A DNA stretch of 64,000 bases from Planctomycetota bacterium (lineage in GTDB: Bacteria > Planctomycetota > UBA1135 > UBA2386), in contig JBKAGP010000001.1 of the NCBI GenBank assembly GCA_046290465.1, forward strand, positions 5,120,001-5,184,000. The letters are read 5' to 3'. Numbering within the stretch: position 1 is the stretch's first letter; each line of letters starts with the position of its first letter. The notes under the pieces were generated by a model. It was not told the origin of the DNA, did no database searches, and was given only the letters and a program-made list of their open reading frames with translations. Position numbers and translations under genes: made by a program. Below, piece after piece: positions 10,562 to 20,892 of the stretch.

Positions 10562-12279
10562 CAGGCGCGCTCCCGGCCAGTGGCGATCGGCAGCCGCAGC
10601 GAGAACACCGCGCCGCCGCCGTCGCGGTCGTGCACCTCGACGCTGCCGCCGTGTGCCCGCGCCGCCGATGCGACCAGCGCGAGGCCGAGGCCGCTGCCCT
10701 GGATGCCGGGCGTCGCCGAGCTCGCCCGCACGAACGGCTGGAAGATCGCCGCCCGTTCGTCGCGGCGCACGCCGGGGCCGGTGTCGGCGACCTCGACCGT
10801 GACCGCGCGCGTGTCCGCCGTCGCGCGCACCGCCACCGTCGAGCCGGGCGGTGCGTACTTGGCGGCGTTCTCCAGCAGGTTGCGCAGCGCCCGCGTCAGC
10901 ACTTCGAGGTCGACGTCGACGTCCGGCAGGCCGCGCGGCGCGTCGACGTCGAGGCGCTGGTCGACCAGCCGCAGCGCCGGCATGCCGGCGCGCAGGCCGC
11001 GCGCCAGCACGCTGCGCGTCGGCACGACCTCGCGCTGCAGTTCGGCGCCGCGCTCGAGCCGGCCGAAGTCGAGGATGCGCTGTACCTGGTCGGTCAGGCG
11101 CTGCACGTCGCGGTCGAGCGCCTGCAGGTAGTGCTGCCGCCGTGCGGCCGGCACGTCGCCGCGGGCGAGCATCTCGGACTTGAGCGACAGGGCGGTCAGC
11201 GGCGTGCGCAGTTCGTGGCTGACGACGTCGACGAAGTCGCGGCGCATCCGGACCAGCGCCAGTTCGCGGCGCGAGAACCGCCAGACCAGCAAGTTGCCGA
11301 GCACCAGCGTCGCGATCGCGAGGCCGAGGCAGGTGCGCGCCGCGAGCGTCAACTGGGCGCTGGCGGGCGCGGCGGTGCGGCGGCCCTGCAGCGCGGCGCG
11401 TGCAAGGGCGGCCTGCGTCAGCTCGTGGCCGGGGTGGCCGCGCTCTGCTTCGCGCGCCGCCGCAGCGCACAGGTCCGCGACCAGCGCCGGCCCCAGGGCC
11501 GCGACCGTGCGGTCGGAGGTCGGCACGAGCAGGATGCCGCCGGTCGTCTCGATCGCGGTCTCGGGCACCGGCCGCAGCGAGGCCTGCAGCGACGCAGCCG
11601 CGGCGCTGCGCAAGGCGCGCAGGCCTTGGGCGTCGCGGCGGTCGGGCGCGGCGGCAACGATCGCGTCGGCGACCGCGCCGACGGCCGCGGCCGGCGGCCT
11701 GGTCGCGAGCTCGAGCATCGCCGCGAACCCGTCGTCGTCGAGGCCGTCGAGGCGTGCGCGTTGCAGCGCCGCGAGCAGCGCGAACGGCAGGTCGCCGGAC
11801 CAGGTGTCCCGGTAGCGTTCTTCGGCGTCGTCGAGGAGCGCGGCCGCCGCCGCCCGGTCCGGCAGCACGGCACTGTAGGCCAGCGTGCCCTCGGGGCTCA
11901 GTCGGCCCTTGCCGGCGGCGTAGGCGAAGAACGGCAGCGCCGCTTCGGGGTCCCCGCGCAGCAGGTGGCGGTTGGCGGTCGCCTCGGCTACCGAGAGCTG
12001 GCGCGCCGAGTCCGCCCCGCCCGGGCCTTCGAACGGACCGACGAGCCGGCGCGCCGCGTCGAGTCGCAGCTGCGGCCGCTGCGCCGCGGCAGCTGCGGTC
12101 ACGCGGCGGGTGATGGCGTCGTGCGCCGCGTCGAGGAACGCCGCGTCCTCGCGCTGTTCCTGCTCCGTCGCCGCGCCGATGACGCCGCCGTAGGTCAGCC
12201 AGCCCCACGCACCCGTCAGCGCGGCCGGGATCAGCAGCGTCAGCAGCAGCGCCAGGCCGGTTCGCGACGGGAGCTTCAT
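10561..12279 (-). CDS. Membrane sensor histidine kinase (HisKA/HATPase)
   Basis: VSHELRTPL, NLLENAAKY, DTGPGV, GSGLGLA; two TM segments. Confidence 0.95.
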   Translation of the reverse strand: MKLPSRTGLALLLTLLIPAALTGAWGWLTYGGVIGAATEQEQREDAAFLDAAHDAITRRVTAAAAAQRPQLRLDAARRLVGPFEGPGGADSARQLSVAEATANRHLLRGDPEAALPFFAYAAGKGRLSPEGTLAYSAVLPDRAAAAALLDDAEERYRDTWSGDLPFALLAALQRARLDGLDDDGFAAMLELATRPPAAAVGAVADAIVAAAPDRRDAQGLRALRSAAAASLQASLRPVPETAIETTGGILLVPTSDRTVAALGPALVADLCAAAAREAERGHPGHELTQAALARAALQGRRTAAPASAQLTLAARTCLGLAIATLVLGNLLVWRFSRRELALVRMRRDFVDVVSHELRTPLTALSLKSEMLARGDVPAARRQHYLQALDRDVQRLTDQVQRILDFGRLERGAELQREVVPTRSVLARGLRAGMPALRLVDQRLDVDAPRGLPDVDVDLEVLTRALRNLLENAAKYAPPGSTVAVRATADTRAVTVEVADTGPGVRRDERAAIFQPFVRASSATPGIQGSGLGLALVASAARAHGGSVEVHDRDGGGAVFSLRLPIATGRERA

Positions 12280-12422
12280 CGGCAGCATCCTAGAGCGCGA
12301 TGCCGGCGCGGCGAGCGTGTCGAAGTCATGGGGTTGTCAAAGCTGTGAGCGCAGCGCCAGGAGGACGGCACGTTTCACAGGCCCATGACAACGGTTCGGG
12401 CTCGATCGCCGTCAATGCTCCC

Positions 12423-15092
12423 ATGAGAGACAAGTGGACTTCGGGCGCCGTGGCGCTGTTCTTGACCTGCGGCGCCGGGATCGCCCAGGATCGCATCGAC
12501 GAGCAGATCACGCGGGCGCGGCTGCTCTACACGCGCGGCGAGCTGCAACAGGCCGAGCGGTCGCTGCGCGGCGCGGTGCAGGACGGCAGCGACGCGCAGC
12601 GCCAGCAGGCGCGCGCGCTGCTGGCCCAGCTGCACGGCGAGGCGCTGGTCGCGGCAGAGCCTGCCGCCGTCGCGGCGACCGGGCAGGACCCGCAGGCATC
12701 GGGCGACGACCCGATCTACGCGCTGATCCGGGTGCTCAACCGCGGCTCCCAGGGCAAGGAGATCCGCGACGCGCGCGACGAACTGCGCAGCCTGGGCGAG
12801 CTGGTGGTGCAGCACCTGATCGACACGTTCCCGAAGCTCGGCCCGTTCGGCGTGCAGAACGTGCTCGGGCTGCTTCGCTACCACGACGACCCGCGCGTCA
12901 CCGCGATGCTGCAGCACCAGGTCGAGAACGGCCGGCGCGAGGTCGTCGCGTCGATCGCCAAGAACCTGGGCAAGCTGCACATGAGCGTGTCGCGGCCGCT
13001 GGCGAAGCGCTTTGCCGAGGCCGGCCAGCCCGACGAATACCGGTTGGCGGCGCTCGGCGTCATGCTCAAGGACGCGCCGGAGTCCGGGGAGTGCCAGCAG
13101 CTCGAAGCCGCGCTGCTCGCGAGCGAGGACGCCGATGTGCGCGGCGAAGCGCTGAGCATCGCCGTGCTGGCGGGGCGCATGGAGCAGCCCGCGGCGCTCG
13201 CGGTGCTCAACGGCCTGCCGCAGTCGCAGCAGGCCTGGCGTCCGCTGTACTGGGCGGCCGCCCACGACGACTGGCTGGAGGTCGCCAAGGTCGGCGCCCG
13301 GGCCGCGCTGTCCGAGAGCGGTTACGCCCAGTCGCTGCGTCAGTACGTCGACGAGTTCGAGTGGTGGCGCGGTGACGATGAGGGCATGGAGCTTGTGCTG
13401 CGGATGGCCGAGCGCTCCGACAAGGCCTTGCAGGCAGGGCGCGTGGTCCTGTCCCGGGCCGTCGAGCGCGGCTGGAAGGTGCCCCCGTCGATGGACAACC
13501 GCATCTGCGAGTTGATCGGTCGGACCAACGCCTCCCAGTTTTACACGTTCGTCAACGGTCTGCCGGTCGACGGTGAGGCCCGCGCGATCGCGATCTGGGA
13601 GCGTTACCCCCAATACCGCAAGGAGCTGATCAACGCCGTCCGCGGTCTGTCGCGGCCGTGGCACCGACTGATGGTGAAGCACCTGCTCTCGATCGCGAAC
13701 GGCTGGGAGATCGACCAGGGCATCGTCGGCCGCGACTGGTCGGGTGCGTCGCAGGACGTGATCGCCGACCTGAAGCGGTTCACCGCGAAGTGGCCGAAGA
13801 TGGCGTCGGGCGTGTCCGACCAGTGGATGGGCAGCCTGGCGGCCGCCTACCGGTCTTACGACGAGATCGGCCTCGACGTCGTGGAGCCGCAGCTGTGGGC
13901 CGGCAACCAGCGCGTCTGGTCGGTCGTGATGAACGTCGATCCGACGGGCGTGCTCGAGCGTGCGGCGGCGATCGAGGAGTTGCCGGTCGACGTCGCCGAA
14001 CAACTCGCCAGGTTGCTCTACGAGCACGGTCGTCGGCGAGATCTGCCGCTGGCGCTGCGGCTGATGAAGTTGCCGGTCGATGCGGCGGCGTGGGACTTCC
14101 TGGGCTCCTACGCGATCATGCATGCCGCCGGCAGCCTCGAGCTGCTGCAGCTGGTCGCGAATCCCGAAGGGCTGACCAGGGAAGGGCGCGCGAAGGCCGC
14201 GGAGATGGCGCATGTCGCCTGCCGCGGCGCCGACGTCGCCAACCTCGATGCCTACCTCGCCGTCGTTCCGGACCTCGGCCTCGACGCGATGCAGAGTGTC
14301 TGGCGCTCGTTCCACGGCCGCGTCGGGCCGGCCCACGTCGACGCCCTCGCAGCCGCGCTGCGTGCGCTGGCCGAAGCGGACTGGAAGGTCCGCGGCCGCG
14401 ACAGCAACGGCAAGCGCGCGGCGCTGCTCGGACGCGGCCTGATCACGTTGCTGGCATCGACCAGCACGGTGCGCGCGGTGCCGGCGCTGCGCGCGGTCGT
14501 CGCGGATCGTTCGTCGTCGGACGCCAACGTCTACCTGGCCGTCGACGCGCTGCTGAAGGTGGCGGGGGACGAGCGCAACGCGATCGTCGCCGAACTGCTG
14601 CGTTCGGAGCGCGCCGAGGCGGCCATCGGGGCGCTGCAGGACGACGGCATTCCCGCCAACCGGGAACTGCAGGGTCTCGCGCTGGAGGTGGTGCTGCGGC
14701 TGGCGCAGCACACGCGAGGCGTCGAGGTGATCTTCGGCAGGCTCTCGCGCGAGGACCGGCAGCGGTTCGCCAAGGCCGTGCTCGAGCACCCCGACATGCC
14801 GCGCTTCCGTCGCGACGTGATGTTCGCGGCGCTGGAGTCGTATGCGGGCAGCAAGGACACGACGTTCCTGCCGCAGATGAAGCTCGCCACCACGCACGAG
14901 GACGAACGGGTGCGCAGCACGGCGGCGGGCCTGCTCGGCAAGACGTTCACGCGGGAGGCGGTCGAACCGCTGCTCGACCTGCTTCGCGACGACCACTCGT
15001 CGGTCCGCAAGTCCGCCCAGTCGAGCCTCGACATGATCGCCAACTACCTCGAGCAGCGCGAGAAGTGGGAGCAGCGCTTCCGCCGGAAGTAG
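12423..15092 (+). CDS. Secreted HEAT-repeat protein
   Basis: Signal peptide ...GIAQ; HEAT-like repeats (DERVRSTAAGLLG, AVEPLLDLLRDDHSSVRKSA). Confidence 0.8.
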   Translation: MRDKWTSGAVALFLTCGAGIAQDRIDEQITRARLLYTRGELQQAERSLRGAVQDGSDAQRQQARALLAQLHGEALVAAEPAAVAATGQDPQASGDDPIYALIRVLNRGSQGKEIRDARDELRSLGELVVQHLIDTFPKLGPFGVQNVLGLLRYHDDPRVTAMLQHQVENGRREVVASIAKNLGKLHMSVSRPLAKRFAEAGQPDEYRLAALGVMLKDAPESGECQQLEAALLASEDADVRGEALSIAVLAGRMEQPAALAVLNGLPQSQQAWRPLYWAAAHDDWLEVAKVGARAALSESGYAQSLRQYVDEFEWWRGDDEGMELVLRMAERSDKALQAGRVVLSRAVERGWKVPPSMDNRICELIGRTNASQFYTFVNGLPVDGEARAIAIWERYPQYRKELINAVRGLSRPWHRLMVKHLLSIANGWEIDQGIVGRDWSGASQDVIADLKRFTAKWPKMASGVSDQWMGSLAAAYRSYDEIGLDVVEPQLWAGNQRVWSVVMNVDPTGVLERAAAIEELPVDVAEQLARLLYEHGRRRDLPLALRLMKLPVDAAAWDFLGSYAIMHAAGSLELLQLVANPEGLTREGRAKAAEMAHVACRGADVANLDAYLAVVPDLGLDAMQSVWRSFHGRVGPAHVDALAAALRALAEADWKVRGRDSNGKRAALLGRGLITLLASTSTVRAVPALRAVVADRSSSDANVYLAVDALLKVAGDERNAIVAELLRSERAEAAIGALQDDGIPANRELQGLALEVVLRLAQHTRGVEVIFGRLSREDRQRFAKAVLEHPDMPRFRRDVMFAALESYAGSKDTTFLPQMKLATTHEDERVRSTAAGLLGKTFTREAVEPLLDLLRDDHSSVRKSAQSSLDMIANYLEQREKWEQRFRRK

Positions 15093-15168
15093 CCGCACGG
15101 TACGCGGTTCATCCTCCAACATTCGCGGCCGCGAATGTTGGAGGATGAACCGCGTACCGTACCGCAAC
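15085..15168. repeat. REP/REPIN-like palindromic element, copy 2 (perfect 64-bp palindrome 15097-15160)
   Basis: ACGGTACGCGGTTCATCCTCCAACATTCGCGG|CCGCGAATGTTGGAGGATGAACCGCGTACCGT, preceded by GGAAGTAG. Confidence 0.9.
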
Positions 15169-15954
15169 TCAGCGGATGGCGTCGATCTTCCAGGTGCCGG
15201 ACTTCTTGACGAACTCGAACGTGAGCGGTTCGCCGTCGGTGCTGCCGTCCTTGCGCGTCAGGATGGTGCGGATGCGCTGGGTGGCGCGGTCGTCCGCGAC
15301 CTCGTGGCCGGAGAACTGCCACTTCTGGATCGCGATCTCGCCGGACACGAACAGCGGCGTGAACGCGCTGCGCGACGCCTGCTGCTGCTGCTTGCCGGCG
15401 TCGGTCATGTTGGCGGTCATGCCGCCGAGGTCCTGGAGCTTCGACGCCGCGACGTAGGCAGTGACGATCGGGCCGAGCTCGGGGTGCGGCGTGGTCTCGG
15501 CGACCGCGCTCGCCAGCCGTTCGCGCGCCTCCGCCTCGAGGTCGGCGAAGCGGCGCACGTCGCCGCCGCGTTCGCGCGCGAAGCCGCTGACGCCCCAGGC
15601 GAAGTCGTCGAGCTCGAGCTGCAGGAACAGCGTCTGCTCGCCGCGTTCGCCGGCGATCGCGACCTCGACGACGCCCTGGTCCCCGTCGCGCTCGGCGCCG
15701 CGCACCATCACCCTGGACGGATCGCGGACCTCGCGTTCGAGCAGCAGGCCGTAGAACTCCTGTTCGGCGGCGAAGTAGCCGCGCGCGGACGGCGCCGCGG
15801 TGGCCGTCGCCGCGGCGAAGTCCTGGGCCTCCATCGCGTTGGCGAACCGGGCGGCGGTCTGGCGCAGCGCGACCAGCAGCTCTTCGTCGGTCGGCACGGT
15901 CGTGGACTCGCAGGCGCACAGCGCCAGCAGCAGGACGAGCGAGGGCTTGTTCAT
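15169..15954 (-). CDS. Lipoprotein with two NTF2-like/DUF4878-like domains
   Basis: Lipobox LALCAC; ends FEFVKKSGTWKIDAIR; start re-assigned within the long ORF 15169..17850. Confidence 0.75.
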   Translation of the reverse strand: MNKPSLVLLLALCACESTTVPTDEELLVALRQTAARFANAMEAQDFAAATATAAPSARGYFAAEQEFYGLLLEREVRDPSRVMVRGAERDGDQGVVEVAIAGERGEQTLFLQLELDDFAWGVSGFARERGGDVRRFADLEAEARERLASAVAETTPHPELGPIVTAYVAASKLQDLGGMTANMTDAGKQQQQASRSAFTPLFVSGEIAIQKWQFSGHEVADDRATQRIRTILTRKDGSTDGEPLTFEFVKKSGTWKIDAIR

Positions 15955-15989
15955 CCCGGCAACGTCGCCGAACGGCGGCGACGACTCAA

Positions 15990-18167
15990 TCAGTAGTCCA
16001 CGGTCGCGCGCACGATGTTGCTGGCGGCGACCCCCGGCAGCGCCGGGCAGCCGACGTAGAGCACGTGAAACGAGACGAACTGGAAGTCGAACGCGAAGCC
16101 GACCAGTGCCGGCGTGCCCGGGATCGCCAGCGACGTCGCCGCGGTGCCCGCGGTGTTGGGCACGAACCACGCGTTGCTCGGGTCGACGAAGTCGCAGACG
16201 CCACAGCTGAGCCGTGCGCCGGGCATGCCGACCAGCGCGAACGGCACCGCCAGCGGCTGTGCCCCGAACAGTTCGAGCGGCGCGCTGCCGTTGCCGAGCG
16301 CGAACGGGCCGCTGCTGGTCGCGAGGCCGCCGGGCCCGCAGCCGCCGCCGAGGTCGACGATCGCGCCGCCGGGGCCCATCGCCTCGATCGGCTGCAGGCC
16401 GACGTCGCTGTCGTAGGTCGCCGCGGTGTCCTGGTCGGCGAACACCACCAGGCCGTCGTCGAGCGGCGTCGACGGGTCGCCGGCACGGCGGCCGATCAGC
16501 CGCGGCGCGTGCTCGTACGTGTAGTTGGGGCCCGGCGTCAGGTCGAGCGGCAGTTCGTTGCCGACCGGGGCGCCGGCGCTGTCGAGCACCAGCGCGAAGC
16601 TGTCGTCGTCGAAGATCGCGGTGGGGTCGGCGCGCATGAACGCGAGGCCGAACTGCTCGCCGAGCACCGCGACGTCGGCGGCGTAGTCGATCTGGCCCGG
16701 CTGCGCGGCCAGGTCGAGCGCGCCGCCGATGCTGGTGATGCCGGCCGCTCCGACGGTGATCACCTTGCCGCGCACGTCGGTGGTCGACGGGTTGGCGGCC
16801 TCCTGCTCCTCCCACGCGACGAAGAAGCGGAAGCCGTCGCCGTCGACCGCCGGATAGCCGGTGTCTTGCGACGTGTTCTGGATCCAGGCGGAAGGGCCGA
16901 GCAGCTGCATGTCGTGGTCGACGACCTGCGCGCGGATCGCGCCCGGCAGGCCGAGCGGCCGGTTGGTCCAGGCGATCACGTGGTGGCCGAGGCTGCCGCC
17001 CTGCTTGCTGATCGCTGGCTCGTAGACGTCGCCGGCGGCGATCTGCACGAACGGCGCGACCGTCGGCTGCAGCTGCGCGTCGATCGTCACGGTGGTGCCG
17101 AGCAGGCCGAGCGAGCTGTCGAGCCACGCGACCAGGCAGTCGTCGTCGAGCACCGTGGCTTCGCCGCTGACGACCGGCGAGCCGACGTCGTACGGGCCGT
17201 CGATCGGGAACACGTTGCTCGCCTGCGCCTGCACCGGTTCGAGGGCGAGGCCCTGCACGTAGTTGCCGTTCTGCGTGTACTCGACCCAGACCAGCACGAA
17301 CACGCCGAGGCCGGCGATGTTGGTGACGCGGATGCTGTCGGCGTCGCCGCCGTTGATCGCGAACGCGTAGCCGAACCCGAGCGGCGTCGCCAGCCAGACG
17401 CTGCCGACGACGCCGGTCTGGCCGCCGCCGAGGAACTGCGTCCAGACGACGCACCAGGTGTCGGACGCGGCGTCGTAGGCGACGTCGGGGAAGTCGTTGT
17501 CGGTGCCGGCGTAGGCCTGCGTGATCGTGCCGATCAGCGGGTCGAGCTCGAGCGGGTAGCTGGCCGCATCGACGAACGCACCGGGCAGCTCCAGCTGCAG
17601 CCGGCCGTCGACGAGGCGCCGTTCGCCGCGGCAGCGCGCCCCGCTCGCATCGATCGCCACGACCTCGCCGATCGCGACGCCGAAGCCGTCGTCGTCGAGC
17701 CAGCGGGCGCCGGTCGCGTCGGGCCGCAGCGACGTGGTCACGTCGAGCGACACGCGCAGGTCGCCGCCGCCGGCGGGGCGTTGGGCGAACACGAACGACT
17801 GCTTCAGGCCGTCGGGGCGCGTCTCGTAGCGCTCCTCGAGCGCGGGCCATGTGTAGCTCGCGCTGGTGCGGGTGTGGGTGCGGGTGGGGGTGTGTCGGTC
17901 GGCGCGCAGCAGCGTCCGGTCGCCGCGGCGGACCTCGGCGAGCTGCAGCGCGAGGGTGTGGGCGCGCGGGGCGTGCCGCCCGAGCGCGGGTTGGTAGGTG
18001 GTCTTGCGGTCCCCGAACGTCGCGCGGTAGCCGTGCGCGACCCCGGTCACGACGCCGCCGGTCTCGTGCACGCCCGCGGCCTGCCGGATCGACACGGCGG
18101 GGCGCTGGGCGTTCGCGGCGGCGCAGGGCAGCGCAGCCGCGAGCAGGATCGGGAGCAGTCTCGACAT
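15990..18167 (-). CDS. Secreted multidomain protein (beta-repeat region) with shared C-terminal domain
   Basis: Signal peptide ...ANAQ; SYPLELDP motif; repeated PxVAyD/VW units; ends IPGTPALVG...FQF...SN. Confidence 0.85.
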   Translation of the reverse strand: MSRLLPILLAAALPCAAANAQRPAVSIRQAAGVHETGGVVTGVAHGYRATFGDRKTTYQPALGRHAPRAHTLALQLAEVRRGDRTLLRADRHTPTRTHTRTSASYTWPALEERYETRPDGLKQSFVFAQRPAGGGDLRVSLDVTTSLRPDATGARWLDDDGFGVAIGEVVAIDASGARCRGERRLVDGRLQLELPGAFVDAASYPLELDPLIGTITQAYAGTDNDFPDVAYDAASDTWCVVWTQFLGGGQTGVVGSVWLATPLGFGYAFAINGGDADSIRVTNIAGLGVFVLVWVEYTQNGNYVQGLALEPVQAQASNVFPIDGPYDVGSPVVSGEATVLDDDCLVAWLDSSLGLLGTTVTIDAQLQPTVAPFVQIAAGDVYEPAISKQGGSLGHHVIAWTNRPLGLPGAIRAQVVDHDMQLLGPSAWIQNTSQDTGYPAVDGDGFRFFVAWEEQEAANPSTTDVRGKVITVGAAGITSIGGALDLAAQPGQIDYAADVAVLGEQFGLAFMRADPTAIFDDDSFALVLDSAGAPVGNELPLDLTPGPNYTYEHAPRLIGRRAGDPSTPLDDGLVVFADQDTAATYDSDVGLQPIEAMGPGGAIVDLGGGCGPGGLATSSGPFALGNGSAPLELFGAQPLAVPFALVGMPGARLSCGVCDFVDPSNAWFVPNTAGTAATSLAIPGTPALVGFAFDFQFVSFHVLYVGCPALPGVAASNIVRATVDY

Positions 18168-18275
18168 GGGGCTCTTGTCGAGAAACCTACCTCCGGTTGG
18201 CCGGTCCGGTGCGGGAGTGGCCGCGCGGTGCCGATGGCAGCGCGGCTTGCGCGCCGGCGATTCTGCGCGGCGCCG

Positions 18276-19751
18276 CTACCAGGTCAGCCGCGCGTCGCCC
18301 TGCTGCAGCCGCCCGGCCGGGCGGATGCCGCTGCCCTTGGTCTTGGTCAGCTTGTCCCCGAGGTCCTGGCGCGCCGCGTCGGCGAGCTTCTGCAGCCGCG
18401 CGACCACCTCGGGATGCTTCGCCGAGACGTCCGTGGTCTCCCCCGGATCGTTCTGCAGGTCGAACAGTTCGAGCCCGATCGAGGCCTGCGAGTACGGGTT
18501 GGGGCTGCCGTCCTTGCCGCCCGGCTTGCCCGCCATCGTGCGGTAGCGGTGCGGGAAGTGCAGCTTCCAGCGCGGGTCGCGGATCGCCTGCAGCTGGCCG
18601 CCGGCGTAGTAGTGCAGGAAGAACTCGTGCGGCGACTTCGCCCCTGCCTCGCCGAACAGCAAGGGCGCGATGTCGCGGCCGTCGATCTTGTGGTCCGGCA
18701 GGGTCGCGCCGATCAGCTTGGCGAACGTCGGCAGGATGTCGATCGTCGACGCGAACTCGTCGCAGGTCCGGCCGGCGGGCACGCGGCCCGGCCAGCGCAC
18801 GACGGTCGGCTCGCGGATGCCGCCCTCGAACATCGTGCCCTTGCCCTCGCGGTAGATGCCCGACGAGCCGGCGTGGTGGCCGTAGCTCAACCACGGACCG
18901 TTGTCGGACGTGAACACGACCATCGTGTCGTCGTCGATGCCGTGCTCATTCAGCGCGTCGAGGATCTGCCCGACCGACCAGTCGATCTCCATGACCACGT
19001 CGCCGAACAGGCCCTTGCCGCTCTTGCCCTTGAACCGGTCCGAGACGAACAGCGGCACGTGCACCATCGAGTGCGGCACGTAGCAGAAGAACGGCTCGTC
19101 CTTGTGGCGCTCGATGAACGACACCGCCCGTTCGGTGTACCAGGTCGTCAGCATCTCCTGGTCCTCGCCGCTGACCTCGGTGTCGACGACCTCGGTGCCT
19201 TCGATCAGCGGCAGGTTCGGGTAGCCCTTCTTGCGCCGTTCGGCTGCGGTCGGCAGGTGCGCGTAGGCAGGGTGCAGCGGCCACATGTCGTTGGAGTAGG
19301 GCAGCCCGAAGTACTCGTCGAAGCCGTGGTTGGTCGGCAGGAACTTCGGGTGGTGGCCGAGGTGCCACTTGCCGTAGCACGCCGTCGCGTAGCCCTTCTG
19401 CTTGCAGACCTCGGCCAGCGTCATCTCGCGCTCGTGCAGGCCGTGGTTGGCGCGCGGGCCGAGCGCCCCGGAGATGCCGACGCGGCGGTGGTAGCAGCCG
19501 GTCAGCAGGGCCGCGCGCGACGCCGAGCAAACCGCGGTCGCGACGCTGAAGTCCGTGAACCGCATGCCTTCGCCGGCCATCCGGTCCAGGTTCGGCGTCG
19601 GGATCTCCCCGCCGAACGGCCCGATGTCCGCGTAGGCCATGTCGTCGATGAAGATGACGACCAGGTTGGGCAGGCGGTCCTGCGCGACGGCGGCGGGGGC
19701 GGCGAGCGCGGCGGCGAGCGCGAGCGCGGAGGCGATCTGGGCGGAGCGCAT
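18276..19751 (-). CDS. Arylsulfatase A-like sulfatase
   Basis: PNLVVIFIDDM, CSASRAALLTG, GKWHLG, FTSDNGP; start re-assigned to 19751. Confidence 0.95.
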   Translation of the reverse strand: MRSAQIASALALAAALAAPAAVAQDRLPNLVVIFIDDMAYADIGPFGGEIPTPNLDRMAGEGMRFTDFSVATAVCSASRAALLTGCYHRRVGISGALGPRANHGLHEREMTLAEVCKQKGYATACYGKWHLGHHPKFLPTNHGFDEYFGLPYSNDMWPLHPAYAHLPTAAERRKKGYPNLPLIEGTEVVDTEVSGEDQEMLTTWYTERAVSFIERHKDEPFFCYVPHSMVHVPLFVSDRFKGKSGKGLFGDVVMEIDWSVGQILDALNEHGIDDDTMVVFTSDNGPWLSYGHHAGSSGIYREGKGTMFEGGIREPTVVRWPGRVPAGRTCDEFASTIDILPTFAKLIGATLPDHKIDGRDIAPLLFGEAGAKSPHEFFLHYYAGGQLQAIRDPRWKLHFPHRYRTMAGKPGGKDGSPNPYSQASIGLELFDLQNDPGETTDVSAKHPEVVARLQKLADAARQDLGDKLTKTKGSGIRPAGRLQQGDARLTW

Positions 19752-19786
19752 CCGCGGCATGCTACCGCCGCGGCGGCGGCTGCGCC

Positions 19787-20830
19787 TCAGTTGGTGCAGT
19801 CGAGCCGGACCCCGTTGCTGGCGCGCACCGCGAGCAGACCGTTGACGGCGGCGATCGGCAGGAACTGCACGAACGAGGTGCCGACCGCGGTGGTCGGCAC
19901 GTTCCAGCTGGTGGTCGCGTTGCCGGACGCGTCCGCGGTGACGAGCTCGAGCGTGCTCGCGTTGCTCAGCAGCGAGCAACCGCTGAGCAGCGGCAGCGAG
20001 AGCTGCTGGTCGCCGATCGCGACGATCACCGGGCTGCTCGGCCAGCAGCCGGTCCCGAGCATGAAGATCGTGCGCGTGTTGCCGACCACCAGTTCGTTGC
20101 CGGCCAGCTGCGCGCCGGCGCAGCCCTGGCCGTAGTTGGTGAACGTGCAGGTCGCGGTCTGGTCGGGCAGGAAGCCGGACCACAGCTCGGTCCACGTGTA
20201 GACCGACGTGCCCTGGCCGTCGCCGTCGCTGCGGCACGCGCATTCGATGTAGACGTCGACCTGGCCCGACGGACCGAACGTGTACGGCAGCGTGATCGTC
20301 GCCGCGGCGCTCTGTGCGACCTCGAAGGTGCCGTCGGCGTCGACGTCGACGCGCACGAACGCGGTGCCGTTGGGGCCGACCGTGGTCAGGTTGTTGCGCC
20401 AGTCGAAGCGCAGCACGCCGGCGGTGCCCGGCGCGGCGCCGAACGTCGCGGTCACGCCGTGTCCGGCGAAGCCGGCGCCGGTGCTCGCGGGCGACGCCGA
20501 GCTCCCGGCGGCGTCGCCGATCGGCGCACGCGCGGTGGCGCGCTCGAAGAAGTTGAAGCCGGCGCCGCCGTTGTAGGGCTGCGTCGGGTAGACGATCGTC
20601 GTCGCCGACAGGTGGTCGCCGCCGGGCGATTGCGACGTCGACTGGAACACGTTGTTGGGATAGCTGCCGATCGTCTGGCCCTGCGCGGTCACGACGAACG
20701 TGTCGCCGGCGAGCGCCGAGCTGGTCCGCGAGCCGAGCGGCGTCGCGGCGGTGATCGACAGCGTGGTCTGGGCGGCGACGTCGACGCCAGACAGGAGCAG
20801 AGCGGGCAGCAGCAGCGTGCGGATCGACAT
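19787..20830 (-). CDS. Secreted protein with shared C-terminal domain
   Basis: MSIRTLLLPALLLSGVDVAAQ signal; NYGQGCAG...SNGVRL C-terminus; 3' part of ORF 19787..23590. Confidence 0.85.
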   Translation of the reverse strand: MSIRTLLLPALLLSGVDVAAQTTLSITAATPLGSRTSSALAGDTFVVTAQGQTIGSYPNNVFQSTSQSPGGDHLSATTIVYPTQPYNGGAGFNFFERATARAPIGDAAGSSASPASTGAGFAGHGVTATFGAAPGTAGVLRFDWRNNLTTVGPNGTAFVRVDVDADGTFEVAQSAAATITLPYTFGPSGQVDVYIECACRSDGDGQGTSVYTWTELWSGFLPDQTATCTFTNYGQGCAGAQLAGNELVVGNTRTIFMLGTGCWPSSPVIVAIGDQQLSLPLLSGCSLLSNASTLELVTADASGNATTSWNVPTTAVGTSFVQFLPIAAVNGLLAVRASNGVRLDCTN

Positions 20831-20892
20831 GGAGGTCACCTGGTATCGGGGAGTCCGTATCGTAGCGCCGCCGAGCCGGTATCCTGCGTCCC

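Noticed and set aside
16065..20135. 1356-aa plus-strand ORF
   Set aside because: Shadow of three well-supported minus-strand genes.
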